The notes: generated from the letters alone by a model not told the origin. DNA of 64,000 bases from an uncultured Solirubrobacterales bacterium (GCA_963838865.1 CAWISN010000002.1:251979-315978), one strand, 5' to 3'; positions 38,561 to 49,683 are shown, counted from the first letter of the stretch. Translations and numbers: made by a program.

Positions 38561-39607
38561 GCGAGGACGTCTGGTCAGAGGAGGACACCACGCCAGACGC
38601 CATCGAGGCGGCCCTGCGCGACCTGCTGCGCCGGCGTCACGCCGACAATCCCGAGCTGATCCCGGCCCGCGTGCTGAACCTGGTCGTGGTCGCTGACCAG
38701 GAGTGGAAGGGGGAGATCCAGAACCGGCTGGAGAAGGCGGGTCGCTACCGAGCCTCGCGCACGATCCTGTGCGCGGTCGAGGATGGTCGCGACACGCTCG
38801 ACGCGGTCATGGTCATGAGCTACGACGAGGCCCCCGGGGGAACCCTCGGCGTGATCCACGAGAAGGTCGAGATCGACGTAGGTCCAGAGCATCTCCAGCG
38901 GCTGGACACGATCGTCGATCCGGTGCTGGCAGCCGAGCTCCCCACCATGGTGTGGTCCCCGCACGGATTCACCGAGGCTGTCCAGGCGCTCCTGCCGATG
39001 ACCGACGTGGTGCTGCTGGACTCAGACGAGCATGACCCGGACGGCGCGACCCTGGCCCGGGCGGCGGAGCTCCTGGACGACGTGTACGTCGTCGACCTGG
39101 CCTGGCTGCGCACGACCCCGTGGCGCGAACGTCTGGCGGCCAGCTTCGATACCTCTGACCGCCGGCCCGCGCTGGCCTGTCTGGAGGAGGTCCGGGTCCG
39201 CCACCACCCCGCCTCCCGGCCAAGCGCGACCCTGCTGGCCGGGTGGCTGGCCGCACGGCTCGACTGGTCACCGGAGAAGCTCTCCCACGAGGACGACACG
39301 CTGTCGGGTGATCTGAAGGCGCGTAAGGATCGGCATGTGCGCGTGGTCCTCGAGCCCTTCGATCAGGAGGCTCCCGGACTGGCCGGGGTGACCGTGTCCT
39401 GGGACGGGTGCTCGATCTCGCTTGACCGGGGCCCGGGCGGGCTCTGCGCCCAGGAGGTGCTATCCGGCGGCCGCGAGCTGAGCTGGCGGGTGCTGGGAGC
39501 GTCCCGGGGGGAGGGAGGCATCCTGGGGGAGGGGGTCAGACAGGCGCTGCTGCGCGATCCCACCTACGCGCTCGGCGCTGCACACGGCTCTGGAGCTCTG
39601 CCCGTGA
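38557..39607 (+). CDS. opcA: G6PDH assembly protein OpcA
   Basis: ARVLNLVVV, DLAWLRTTPWRE; directly after zwf; frameshift near 39570 falsely fuses it to pgl. Confidence 0.85.
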
Positions 39608-40319
39608 GCGCCCGGCTTGAGATCGTCCACGATCCGGCTCGGGCCGCCTCGGCCCTCCTGCTCAGCGCCGTGCTGGCTGGCGGCCACGTCGTCCTCACCG
39701 GCGGCTCGACGCCGCGTCAGGCCTACACCGAGCTGGCCACCGCCGTGCGAGAGCTCGGGATAACGATGGAGCGGACCGTGTTCTGGTTCGGGGATGAGCG
39801 GTGCGTCCCGCCCGACGATGAGAAGTCGAACTACCGGATGGCCAAGGAGGCCCTGTTCGATCAGCTGGGTGGCGGCGCCGCCTGCGAGGTCAAGCGAATC
39901 CGAGGCGAGCTGGGACCGTTCCCGGGCGCGGACGCCTACGAGCAGGAGCTCCAGACTGCCGGCAGCCCCAGGTTTGATCTGGTGCTCATGGGCCTGGGAC
40001 CGGATGGCCATACCGCGTCGCTGTTCCCCGACCAGCCCACGCGTGCAGGAGCGCTTCGCGCCTGGTCGTCGGGGTACCGGAAGCGGGACATGAGCCCTTC
40101 GTCCCCCGCGTGAGCCTGACCCTGCCTGCGCTGGCCAACACTCAGCGAATGGTGTTCCTGGTTGCCGGGAAGGAGAAGGCGGAGGCGGTGGTCGCCGCGT
40201 TCGGCCCGGAGGCCGAGCCCGATCCTCATGTGCCCGCCTCGATGCTGGGGCCGCTGGTGGACGACCTGCTCGTCCTGCTTGACCCGAGCGCCGCTTCCCA
40301 GCTGCCCGCCAGGGGCTAG
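39604..40319 (+). CDS. pgl: 6-phosphogluconolactonase (apparent frameshift)
   Basis: LTGGSTP, GDERCVP, GLGPDGHTASLFP, SLTLP. Confidence 0.9.
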
Positions 40320-40323
40320 CTCC

Positions 40324-41370
40324 ATGAGCGTCGTCGGCCTCGATCTCGGGGGCACGAAGGTGGCCGCGGCTTCCCTGTCTGACGGAAAGCTTGGCGAGCC
40401 CTCCGTCCGGACCACGAACCTGGAAGACTCGGACGCGCTGGTCGAGCAGCTCTCAGAGCTCGTGGACGCCGTGCGACAGCCAGATCTCGAGGCGGTGGGA
40501 GTGGGGGTCCCGTCCGTCGTCGAGTTCGCCACGGGCCGCGTCATCTCCTCGGTGAACGTCCCCCTGGCGGACGTGCCCCTGCGCGCGGTCCTGAGCGACC
40601 GCCTCGGGGTGCCCGTGTTCGTGGACAACGACGCCACCGTGGCCGCCCTGGCCGAGGCTTTCGACGAGCACCTGCGGCCCGTGGCGAGCAATCTCGTCAT
40701 GCTCACGATCGGGACTGGGGTGGGCGGAGGGCTCGTCCTGGGGGGCCGCATCTACCGGGGCTCCACCGGGGCAGCCGGTGAGCTCGGTCACACGATCATC
40801 GGGGCGAACCGGGAGGAGCCGGTCCCGCTGGGAGAGGACTTCCCCCAGCCCGGGTCACTGGAGTCGCTGGCAGCGGGCCATGCCCTCGATCGTCTGGCCG
40901 CGCAGGCGGCTGAGGCCCATCCCGACTCGGCGCTGGGACGGATCCTGGCCGAGGGCAAACCGGTGCGCGGAGAGGACGTGGTGAGCGCCGCCAGCAACGG
41001 GGATGAGACGGCCAGACGCACCGTGGAGGTGTGGGCCGAGCACGTCGGGATCGGGGTGGCCAACGCCATCAACACGTTTGACCCCGACGAGGTGGTGATC
41101 GGCGGTGGCGCGGCCCGGGCCGGCGATCTCCTCCTGGAGCCGGCCACCCGGGTCGCTCGCGCCTACGTAGTGCCGGGCCTGGGTGAGCGCACGCGGATTC
41201 GCCTGGCTCGCCATGGCGCGGTGGCCGGGGTGCTCGGGGCGGCCATGCTGGCCATCCACGAGCTTGAGGAGCGCCGCCACCAGAGGGCGGCCGCGCCGGG
41301 ATCGGACCGCCGGCAGACACCTGGCGCGCCGGAATCGGATCAAGACAACCTGGAGGTGTGGCAGTCGTGA
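40324..41370 (+). CDS. ROK family sugar kinase
   Basis: DLGGTK, NDA..AALAE, GTGVGGG, GELGH. Confidence 0.9.
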   Translation: MSVVGLDLGGTKVAAASLSDGKLGEPSVRTTNLEDSDALVEQLSELVDAVRQPDLEAVGVGVPSVVEFATGRVISSVNVPLADVPLRAVLSDRLGVPVFVDNDATVAALAEAFDEHLRPVASNLVMLTIGTGVGGGLVLGGRIYRGSTGAAGELGHTIIGANREEPVPLGEDFPQPGSLESLAAGHALDRLAAQAAEAHPDSALGRILAEGKPVRGEDVVSAASNGDETARRTVEVWAEHVGIGVANAINTFDPDEVVIGGGAARAGDLLLEPATRVARAYVVPGLGERTRIRLARHGAVAGVLGAAMLAIHELEERRHQRAAAPGSDRRQTPGAPESDQDNLEVWQS

Positions 41371-41819
41371 TCGTGGCCTGTGGATTCGACCATGCCGGCG
41401 TGCCGCTGCGCGCGCGGCTGCTCACGCTGATCGAGCAGCTGGGACATGAGGTGCTCGACCTGGGGACCGATTCGATCGAGCCGATCGACTATCCGATCAA
41501 GGCGCTGGAGGTGGGCCGGGCGGTGGCGTCCGGTCGGGCGGAGCGGGGAATCATCGTGTGCGGCTCGGGCGCCGGGGTGTCGGTGGCGGCGGGCAAGATC
41601 CATGGGGTGTTTGCGGCCACCGTGCACGACACCTACACCGCCCACCAGGCCGTCGAGCACGACGGGTTGAATGTGGTCTGCCTGGGCGGCCGGGTGATCG
41701 GCGTCGAGGTGGCGGCGGAGATCGTGACGGCGTTTCTTCGGGCCACGGTGTCAGAGGAGGAGCGTCACGTGCGCCGGCGCGCCCAGGTGCTGGAGATCGA
41801 GCGGACGGGTGGCGAGTGA
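41367..41819 (+). CDS. rpiB: ribose-5-phosphate isomerase B
   Basis: DHAG, DYP, CGSGAG, EHD..NVVCLGGR. Confidence 0.9.
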   Translation: MIVACGFDHAGVPLRARLLTLIEQLGHEVLDLGTDSIEPIDYPIKALEVGRAVASGRAERGIIVCGSGAGVSVAAGKIHGVFAATVHDTYTAHQAVEHDGLNVVCLGGRVIGVEVAAEIVTAFLRATVSEEERHVRRRAQVLEIERTGGE

Positions 41820-42384
41820 GCTCACGAGGTCGTTCTGGTGCGTCACGGCCAGACGGAGTGGAGCGCCGCCGGCCGGCACACCAGCCACACCGACCTGCCG
41901 CTCACCGAGCCTGGGCGGGCGCGGGCCACCGCGCTCAGCGACGAGCTGGCCCAGCGGAGGTTCGCGCTGGTCATGTCCAGTCCCGCTGCGCCGGGCCCGG
42001 GAGACGGCCGAGGCGGCCGGCTTCGCCGAGGTGGCTGTGCTGTGCCCGGAACTTCACGAGTGGGACTACGGCGAGTACGAGGGGTTGACGACGCCGGAGA
42101 TCCGGGCCGATCGGCCGGACTGGGTGCTCTGGCGTGACGGATGCCCGGGTGGCGAATCCCCCGAGCAGGTCGGGGCGCGAGCCGACCAGGTGATCGATCG
42201 GGTGCGCAGCGCGGATGGCGAGGTGCTGCTCTTCGCCCACGGTCACATCCTGCGGGTGATCGCGGCCCGGTGGATCGACATGCCGCCGTCGGCCGGAGCG
42301 AGGTTCGCGCTGGCGGCCGGGGCGCTGTCCGCGCTGGGCTTTGAGAGGGAGACGCCCGTGGTACAGCAGTGGAACCGGACGTGA
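41816..42384 (+). CDS. histidine phosphatase family protein (apparent frameshifts)
   Basis: [21 protein letters not shown]. Confidence 0.85.
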
Positions 42385-42415
42385 CTTAGAGCAGCGACGA
42401 CGAAAGGCAACAAGC

Positions 42416-43438
42416 ATGCAACTGGGAATGATCGGTTTGGGCAGGATGGGCGCAAACATCGTCAGGCGCCTGATGCGTGCCGGGCACGAGTGCGTGGTGT
42501 ATGACGTCAGCCCGGACGCGGTGACCGCGCTGACCAAAGAGGGTTCCACGGGAGCCAGCTCCCTCGAGGAGTTCGTCGAGGCGCTGAATCCGCCACGGGC
42601 GGTGTGGGTGATGGTCCCGGCCGGCGACATCACCGAGCGCACGGTCAACGATCTGGCCGCACTCCTTGAGGCCGACGACGTGATCATCGACGGCGGGAAC
42701 ACGTACTACCGGGACGACATCCGCCGGGCCAAGGGTCTGCTCACCTCAGGTATCCACTACGTGGACTGCGGAACCAGCGGGGGGGTGTGGGGCCTGGATC
42801 GCGGCTACTGCCTGATGATCGGTGGAGAGCCGCAGGTGGTGGAGCGGCTGGCGCCACTCTTTGAGGCCATAGCCCCGGGCGTGGATTCGGCGCCTCGCAC
42901 GCCGGGCCGCGAGGGCGACCCCGAGCAGGCCGAGCAGGGCTATTTGCACTGCGGTCCGGTGGGAGCGGGCCACTTCGTGAAGATGGTCCACAACGGGATC
43001 GAGTACGGGCTGATGGCCGCCTACGCGGAGGGACTGAACATCCTGCGCAACGCCAACGCCGGCAAGGCGCAACGCGAGGCCGACGCGGAGACCGCGCCTC
43101 TGGAGGAGCCCGAGTTCTACCAGTACGACCTGGACGTGGCCGCGATCACGGAGGTATGGCGGCGAGGAAGCGTGGTCGCCTCCTGGCTGCTGGACCTCAC
43201 GGCCGAGGCGCTGAACGCGTCCCCTGACCTGGCGGACTTCTCAGGCCGCGTGTCGGACTCGGGGGAGGGGCGCTGGACGGCCATCGCCGCCATCGACGAG
43301 GGCGTCCCGGCTCCGGTGCTGACCACGGCTCTGTTCTCCCGCTTCGCCTCGCGCGATCTAGACCACTTCGCCAACCAGAGCCTGTCGGCCATGCGCAAGG
43401 CGTTCGGAGGGCATGTGGAGAAGCCTTCAGGCGGCTAG
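42416..43438 (+). CDS. gnd: 6-phosphogluconate dehydrogenase (short type)
   Basis: [31 protein letters not shown]. Confidence 0.95.
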   Translation: MQLGMIGLGRMGANIVRRLMRAGHECVVYDVSPDAVTALTKEGSTGASSLEEFVEALNPPRAVWVMVPAGDITERTVNDLAALLEADDVIIDGGNTYYRDDIRRAKGLLTSGIHYVDCGTSGGVWGLDRGYCLMIGGEPQVVERLAPLFEAIAPGVDSAPRTPGREGDPEQAEQGYLHCGPVGAGHFVKMVHNGIEYGLMAAYAEGLNILRNANAGKAQREADAETAPLEEPEFYQYDLDVAAITEVWRRGSVVASWLLDLTAEALNASPDLADFSGRVSDSGEGRWTAIAAIDEGVPAPVLTTALFSRFASRDLDHFANQSLSAMRKAFGGHVEKPSGG

Positions 43439-43472
43439 GAGGGGCTCTGGGCGCCGCGCCCCGGGCGGGTGC

Positions 43473-43499
43473 GGATGCGGCTGGAAGGATGCGGCTGGA
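43473..43499. repeat. 13-bp direct duplication of the tRNA-Leu 3' end
   Basis: GGATGCGGCTGGA at 43473-85 and 43487-99. Confidence 0.75.
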
Positions 43500-43573
43500 G
43501 GGACTCGAACCCCCAAGGGCTTGCGCCCACACGGACCTGAACCGTGCGCGTAGACCAATTCCGCCACAGCCGC
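43490..43573 (-). tRNA. tRNA-Leu(CAG)
   Basis: GCGGCTG acceptor, CACGG-TTCAGGT-CCGTG anticodon arm, long variable arm, GGTTCGAGTCC. Confidence 0.95.
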
Positions 43574-43632
43574 GGGGACGCCAAATTAGCAGTTAGTAGG
43601 GTTGCCGACGGCGGATCGGGCGGGCGAAAACG

Positions 43633-45450
43633 CTAAGCCCCGCGGCGCACGCGGACCTGCCGCGTGCTCACTTCCAGTCCGTCGGCCTTCAGGACCAGCT
43701 CATAGTGCCCGGGAGGCGGGATGTTGCTCTTGGCCCGGAGGACGGCACCACGTCCTCGCGGTCCTACCAGGCCCAGCGAACGGTGGACAACCGACCGCTT
43801 GCCGTGCCGGAGCTCGAGGCCGACAGCCGCGGTCTGGCCTCCTCGGCTGACCACATCGACGACGATCCCGTGGTCCCCCTGGCTGACCCGGGCTGAGCGC
43901 AGCTCGAGCCGGGTCGGTCGAGCGCTCTTGCGGCGGGATGTGCCCTGGGCCGGACTTGCTGCAGGCGCGCCGTTTAGCGTCATCTCCGGAGGGCGTCAGG
44001 TGCGGGAGTTCCGGGAACGTGGGCCTGCGGGCCTTCATCGCTTTCAGATCGAGGAAGTCGAGCAGGTCGTTGGCGTTGGCGTCCCGCTTCGTCATGGCCG
44101 GCAGATTCCACTTGCGCTCCAGGAAGGCCAGGATCGAGGTGTGGTCGTAAACGATGTGGCTTACGTGGTCACGCTTGGCGTACGGACCGATGAGGATCGT
44201 CGGCACCCGGAAGCCATAGCGGGTGAACCCGTCGTAGGTCTTCTCGCCTGGGTTGACCTTCGGTCCGAACGAGTCCGGCGCCAGCGCCTTGGGAGGCGGA
44301 ACGTGGTCGTAGTAGCCACCGTGCTCGTCGTAGGTCAGGATCAGGAGCGTCTTGCGCCAGTTCGGCGATTCGCGCAGCGCGTCGAATAACCCGCCCCAGA
44401 AAGCCCTCGCCGATCGTTATGTTCTGCGGGTTCTCCTGGGACTGCGTGCTGTAGTTGGGGTCGATCAAGCTGAAGTGGGGCAGCTTGCCCGCCTTGGCAT
44501 CTTTGAAGAACTGCGCGACGGGCGGAGCGTTCGTTTGGGTGTACTGGTAGTCGTTGCTCAGGTAGAGGTTCATCGTGGTCCCTGTGGCGCCCCCGGCGTT
44601 GTAATCGCGCCAGGAGACCCCCGCGCTCTTCAGATGCGTGAAGATCGTCCCGTTCTTGGCTGGGACGCTGAGCAGCGAGTTGGGGACCGCGTTTCCCGGC
44701 CCTGTACCCATGTCTCCGGTCATGCCCTGCGAGGTGGCGGCGATCAGGTACCGACGGTTGGGGTCGGTGTCCGTGAGCGTGCTGCAGAACCAGCGGTCGC
44801 CGATGGGGAATGTCCTCGCCAGCGCGTAGGTGAGCGGAAGGTCCTCGGCCGTCCAGTAGCCCATGGCCACAGGCCCGACTCGCTGGGACGTGCCATAGCT
44901 GATGGGGGTGCTGACAAATCCGTCCAGCTTGCCGCCGTCGAACTGGTTGTGGGACGCGGTCCACTCCTGGCTGGGCTTCGAGGGGAGCTGGCAGGTGGTG
45001 GGCATCCGAAAGGCTCGCTGGAGCCGTCCGTCCGGATACGGGTTGGTGGCGGTGGGAAGTCCGTCCGCAGCCAGCGTGAACCCGTCGCCCCGGGGTCGCT
45101 CGCCCGGTCCGCGACCGAGCATGCCCAGGATGTTGTCGTAGGAGTGGTTCTCCAGCATGAGCACGACCACGTGCTCGATCTCGGGAAGCGTGTCGGTCCC
45201 TGCCGGGAGAGCCGGGTTGGGCAGCGAGCCGGGCAGCCCGCATGGTGGTTTTGCCCAGCACGCGCAGCGCCTCGAGCTCCGAGGCGGCCGGCTGGATGAA
45301 AGGGTGGGCCGGTGGCCGCCACGGCTGGCGATGCTCGAGGGCGTGACGAAGAACGCCGGCCCCGACCAGCGCTGTGCCTCCCTCGGCGAGGAAGCGGCGG
45401 CGCGTAACGGCGCCGGTTACGGCCTTCTGAACTGGATCGGAAGGTGCCAC
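43633..45450 (-). CDS. Tat-exported phospholipase C / phosphoesterase (apparent frameshifts)
   Basis: TRRRFL Tat motif; HVVVLMLENHSYD, TDPNR, YDHTSIL; extra C-terminal domain. Confidence 0.85.
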
Positions 45451-45652
45451 GGCGGCCTGAACCTATCAGCCGCGGAGCGGGGATATGTCGAATCCTGGTG
45501 AGGGGAGCGTCGAGTGCGCGTGAGGGGGAGGTCGAGGCCTGGTAGCCGCTACATCGAGCCATTGGCCGCCCCGCTACCCTTGCCTGCGGCGCTCACGAGT
45601 CCGTCGCCGGGTCACTCCGCCTTGGGCCCGCGCCTAGAAGCTCCGATACCCC

Positions 45653-45725
45653 GCCGCTATCGTCTAGGGGACTAGGACGCCGCCCTCTCACGGCGGAAAC
45701 CCGGGTTCGAATCCCGGTAGCGGTA
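45653..45725 (+). tRNA. tRNA-Glu(CTC)
   Basis: GCCGCTA/TAGCGGT acceptor, CCGCC-CTCTCAC-GGCGG anticodon arm, GGTTCGAATCC. Confidence 0.95.
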
Positions 45726-46023
45726 TCTAAAAGTCCTGCAAATGCACAGGTTTGGATGAAAGATCCGCGTCGCCGCGATAGGGCGGAGATGTAGGTTCGG
45801 ATCCGTCGGAGCCGCCAAACGCTCCTGCGCAAACAAGGCGCATTTCTGGTCGGACTCGGTGGGGGCACACGCGCGGCACCCGTCTCGGTCAGCTATCTGC
45901 GAATCCCGCGTGTTTACGGGGTGCACCGAACTCCGGCTGGGGGTGGTCGACCCGATTGAGGCGCTTAACGAACGCCTGTCGAACTGGACGAACATCTGGG
46001 TGCGTCCGGAGGCGTCCGGATGC

Positions 46024-46061
46024 TTGACAAACGGGTCATGTACTGCCATCGTAAGTACATG
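46024..46061 (+). promoter_or_regulatory. toxin-antitoxin promoter and operator
   Basis: TTGACA-17nt-CATCGT; inverted repeat CATGTACT-N9-AGTACATG spanning the -10 and ATG. Confidence 0.75.
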
Positions 46062-46337
46062 GCTGGCTTGAAAGCTAAGCGGCTTCAGATCCGCGTCGAC
46101 CCCGCGGACAAGGCTCTGTTGGAGCGGGCAGCTGCGGCCACGCACTTGAACGTGTCGGCGTTTGTGGTGCAGGCGGCTTCTGCTAGGGCCGAGCAGGTGC
46201 TGGCGGAGCGTCCGAGCATTCGCCTCCCGCCCGAGGCCGCCGCCGCCTTCACCGAGGCTCTCGAGCAGCCGGCCGAGGTGAACGAGCGGCTGGCGCGGGC
46301 GCTTCGTCGTAAGCGCAAGTTCGCGTGGCTTGACTAA
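46059..46337 (+). CDS. DUF1778 RHH antitoxin (TacA/AtaR-like)
   Basis: RLQIRV..KALLERAA..VSAFV..F.EALEQP..NERL. Confidence 0.9.
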   Translation: MAGLKAKRLQIRVDPADKALLERAAAATHLNVSAFVVQAASARAEQVLAERPSIRLPPEAAAAFTEALEQPAEVNERLARALRRKRKFAWLD

Positions 46338-46860
46338 GTTTCGCCGCCCGCGGCTGCTCGATCTAGCGCGCGATGATCGCGGCCGGTTCGATAGCGGCGA
46401 GCCGGTGCTGGATGAGTGGCTTCGACGTTACGCGGGCCAGAGCCGCCGTCGGGACACCGCGGCGAACTGGGTGATCACCGACGCCGATCGGATCGTGGTG
46501 GCGTACGCGAGCATCGCGATGACGGCGATCAACCGCTCAGCTGCTCCTCCGGAGATGGCGAAGCAAGCGCCGGATCCAGTTCCGGCGCTGCTGCTTGGTC
46601 GCCTGGCGGTGGACCACAGGCACCGTAACTTGGGTATCGGAACCGCGCTGGTCGCGCACGTTCTGGCTACCGCCGTCGAGCTCAATCAGAAGGCTGCCTG
46701 CCGCGCCGTCGTCGCGACCGCACTGACCCCGGCGGCGCGCAGCTGGTGGGAGCGGCTCGGGTTCCGCTCCTTCGATCCCGCCGATCTCGAGCAACTCGAC
46801 CTGTATCTCCTGACATCCGAGATCGAAGCCACGCTGGTGGGTATTCGCGGACGACGATAA
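46330..46860 (+). CDS. GNAT toxin (TacT/AtaT-like)
   Basis: FDSGEPVLDEWL, PVPALLLGRLAVD..GIG; overlaps the antitoxin. Confidence 0.9.
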   Translation: MTKFRRPRLLDLARDDRGRFDSGEPVLDEWLRRYAGQSRRRDTAANWVITDADRIVVAYASIAMTAINRSAAPPEMAKQAPDPVPALLLGRLAVDHRHRNLGIGTALVAHVLATAVELNQKAACRAVVATALTPAARSWWERLGFRSFDPADLEQLDLYLLTSEIEATLVGIRGRR

Positions 46861-47076
46861 AGCGCTGTCACCAGGTCCATACGTAGCTGCGCACCATGGC
46901 TCGAGCGCGGCCGCGCCGACGCAAGGCCAGGCGGCGCTGCGCCCTGGTTCTGGCGAGGAGCGGGACGCGACCAGTTTCTTGTCGCAGGCCTGCTTTGCTC
47001 TCGGCGGGGGTGCGAACTCGAGTTCGCGAGGCTGCCGGTTCAGCTAGGAACCGACCGTCTGGGCGCCCTGTTTGCA

Positions 47077-47742
47077 TTAGTGCAGAAGTCCAGTCGCAAG
47101 CGTTGTCCATGCAGCCGGGTCGCGGAGCGGCGGCCCGTGTCCGAAGAGTGCGAGCGTCGGCTCTAGCGCAGCAAGGCGTCGAATCGACTCACGGTTGCGA
47201 GCCGGGTCTACCGTCATGAATGCGGGAGGCTCGCGCAACCCGACGCGACCGCTTAGCGGTGCAACGTTGAAGGCAACGTCGCCGACGATCAGCACACGGT
47301 CAGTTTCCCGCCAATAGGAGACGTGTCCCGGCGAGTGGCCCGGCGTATCGAGCACCCGGAAGCCCGCGACCTCGTCGCCCTCCCTCAGCCGGCGAGCAAT
47401 CGGCGGCCCCGCCGGTCCGGGCGGTAAGCCAATCACTCGTCCGAGTAGAAGCTCGGAATGCGGAAGACGCCGGCTCTCCAGGGCGTCGGCGTCGCCGGAT
47501 GGACACCAGAACGGCAGATCGAGTCGTGTGCTCAGAGCTTTGCTCGAACCGTAATGATCCGGGTGGGCATGCGTAATGGCGTGCGCGACAATCGGCCGCC
47601 CCTCTATGTCACGCAGTAGCCGGCGCGCTGCAGCAGGCGTCCCTGAGTCAATCAAAACGTCCCTGATGAGATATTGATTGATCCGGTACTCCGGTCGTCC
47701 GGTAAGCAACCAGACACCCTCCGCCACCTGCCGAGCGCTCAT
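47077..47742 (-). CDS. MBL-fold metallo-hydrolase
   Basis: THAHPDHYG, PGHSPGH, VGD, GHG. Confidence 0.9.
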   Translation of the reverse strand: MSARQVAEGVWLLTGRPEYRINQYLIRDVLIDSGTPAAARRLLRDIEGRPIVAHAITHAHPDHYGSSKALSTRLDLPFWCPSGDADALESRRLPHSELLLGRVIGLPPGPAGPPIARRLREGDEVAGFRVLDTPGHSPGHVSYWRETDRVLIVGDVAFNVAPLSGRVGLREPPAFMTVDPARNRESIRRLAALEPTLALFGHGPPLRDPAAWTTLATGLLH

Positions 47743-48038
47743 CCCGCTGAGCCTACCTTGATCAGGGTGAACTTCAGCTTCTTACCGGTCAGGTTGAATG
47801 TGTACTTGCCTGTGCTGTCGCACACCTTCACCAAGGGTTAGGAGCGCAGCGGGTCGTCACGAGGCCCGCGCGGACCGCCGGCCTCGGGCGCTCACCCGAA
47901 TACAGATGCTCGATCTCGCGCTCGTCCTGGTTGTCAGAGCTCCGCTCGGCAGTCGCGCGCGAGCGGAGCAACAAAGTGCCGCCTGCCAAAGCTGGCGGCG
48001 CTGCTTTACCCGTGCCGCGGTACTTGACCGGCGATGGC

Positions 48039-49500
48039 GGTTGCGTCTCTTAACCGCTGTAAATTCGCTGCGGCTTTGAGGTTCCCGGGGGTGAGTCTAG
48101 GCGGCGGTGACCTCCTCGTCGAGGGTGTCTGGGTCGGCTTGTCGGTATTTGATTCGGTAGAGGTGTTGGCGGTCGAGCTCGGTGAACGTCGCGCCGTTTG
48201 AGGCGTGCGCGATGAACAGGTCGAGGACGGCGAAGACGAGTGAGAGGCAGCTGCTCTCGCCGGGGAAGCGGCCCATCACTTTGGTGCGTCGGCGGACCTC
48301 CCCGAGCGAGCGCTCCAGCAGGTTGGTCGACCGCCACCGTTCTCGGTGCCTGAGCGGGTAGCGGAGGTGCACGACCAAGGCGTCGAGGTCCTCGGCCAGG
48401 CACCGGGCGGCGGCCTCATAGCCGCGGTGCTCGAGCTCGCTGATCAGGACTTGGAGGCGGAGCTTGCCGTCGTTGACTGATGTGGCGTCGGTGAGCGCCG
48501 ACCAGTAGTTGAAGCGGACGCGGTCATGCTCTGGCTTGGGGAGCTTCGCGACCAGATTGCGCAGGCGATGAACGCAGCAGTGCTGACGGTCAGCACGTGG
48601 CCAGAGCTCACCGACGGCGCTGATCAGCCCCGGGGCGCCATCGGCGACAACCAGGCGTGGTGCGCCTAGCCCGCGGGCCGTGAGATCACGCCCGAGCTCG
48701 AGCCAGTCTTCCTTTGACTCGCGTGATCCCAACTGCACGGAAACCAGTTGCCTGCGGCCGTTCTTATCGATTCCCCAGGCGCAGATCACACCCTCCTTCG
48801 GGCCGCTGGGGCGGACCGCGAGATAGATCGCGTCGAGGAACAGCACGACGAGATCGGTGTCATAGAGCGAGCGGCGTTTGAACGCTTCGAAGCGCTCGTG
48901 CAGCTCCGCGCAGATCCTCGCGACCGTCGAGCGCGACAGCTTCCCGAGCCCGGCCTCTTCGCACAACGACTCGATGTCACGCATCGACAAGCCGCGGACG
49001 AACCCGCCGATCACCAACGTCTTCAAAGGATCGGTCCGGAACAGCCGTTTGCAATGCCACTTCGGGAACAGCTTGGACACGAACGGCACAGTGGTGTGGC
49101 GCGCCTGCGGGATCTGGATCTCAAGCTCGCCCTCGCCGGTCTGCAGATGCCGGGGGCGGAACCCGTTGCGCAGCCCCGCCTCGTAGTTCTTCAGGCCGCG
49201 CTCGCGCTCGGGGCGACGCTCGTAGCGAGCGCGACCCAGCCAGCCATCGAACTCCTCCTCGACCGCCCGCTGAATGATCAACCGGGCACCGAGCCTCGCG
49301 AGGTCCCCGAGCATCTTCTGCGGGTCATCGACCATGCCCCTCCCAAGCAACCTGTCGATCTCGGCTTGTATCTCCGCCGACGGCGGTACGGTGCGTCTCA
49401 CGGCGTAGGCCTCCTTCATCGTCTTGCAGGACTTGAGGGAACCTACGCCGTCGCTCTGACAGCACCCAGCGCGTATCTACAGCAGTTGTGGGACGCAACC
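48039..49500 (-). mobile_element. IS256 family insertion sequence (1462 bp)
   Basis: 25-bp terminal IRs starting GGTTGCGTC (20/25 match) at 48039-63 and 49476-500. Confidence 0.9.
48097..49401 (-). CDS. IS256 (Mutator) transposase
   Basis: RNG, GLSMRDI, FLDA, VADG, QHC.VH..RN, STNLLER; GTG after AAGGAGG. Confidence 0.92.
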   Translation of the reverse strand: MRRTVPPSAEIQAEIDRLLGRGMVDDPQKMLGDLARLGARLIIQRAVEEEFDGWLGRARYERRPERERGLKNYEAGLRNGFRPRHLQTGEGELEIQIPQARHTTVPFVSKLFPKWHCKRLFRTDPLKTLVIGGFVRGLSMRDIESLCEEAGLGKLSRSTVARICAELHERFEAFKRRSLYDTDLVVLFLDAIYLAVRPSGPKEGVICAWGIDKNGRRQLVSVQLGSRESKEDWLELGRDLTARGLGAPRLVVADGAPGLISAVGELWPRADRQHCCVHRLRNLVAKLPKPEHDRVRFNYWSALTDATSVNDGKLRLQVLISELEHRGYEAAARCLAEDLDALVVHLRYPLRHRERWRSTNLLERSLGEVRRRTKVMGRFPGESSCLSLVFAVLDLFIAHASNGATFTELDRQHLYRIKYRQADPDTLDEEVTAA

Positions 49501-49683
49501 TCGCGGGCCGTCGTGGCCCCCAACGCGCGGAAAGCAGGACGCCGACGACCGAGCTTCACTAGCCACGGCCGGACGGGGGTGCTCGGGGCAGCATTCCTTG
49601 TCTGCGATCCCGCACGGGCGCCAGGTCTGACAGCGCGAGCCGACGCTCACTTTAGTTCGAGGCCCGGGCCGGACCACGGTGCG

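Noticed and set aside
38557-40113. Apparent OpcA-Pgl fusion ORF
   Set aside because: Created by an indel near 39570; GTGA at 39604-07 supplies the normal stop/start overlap.
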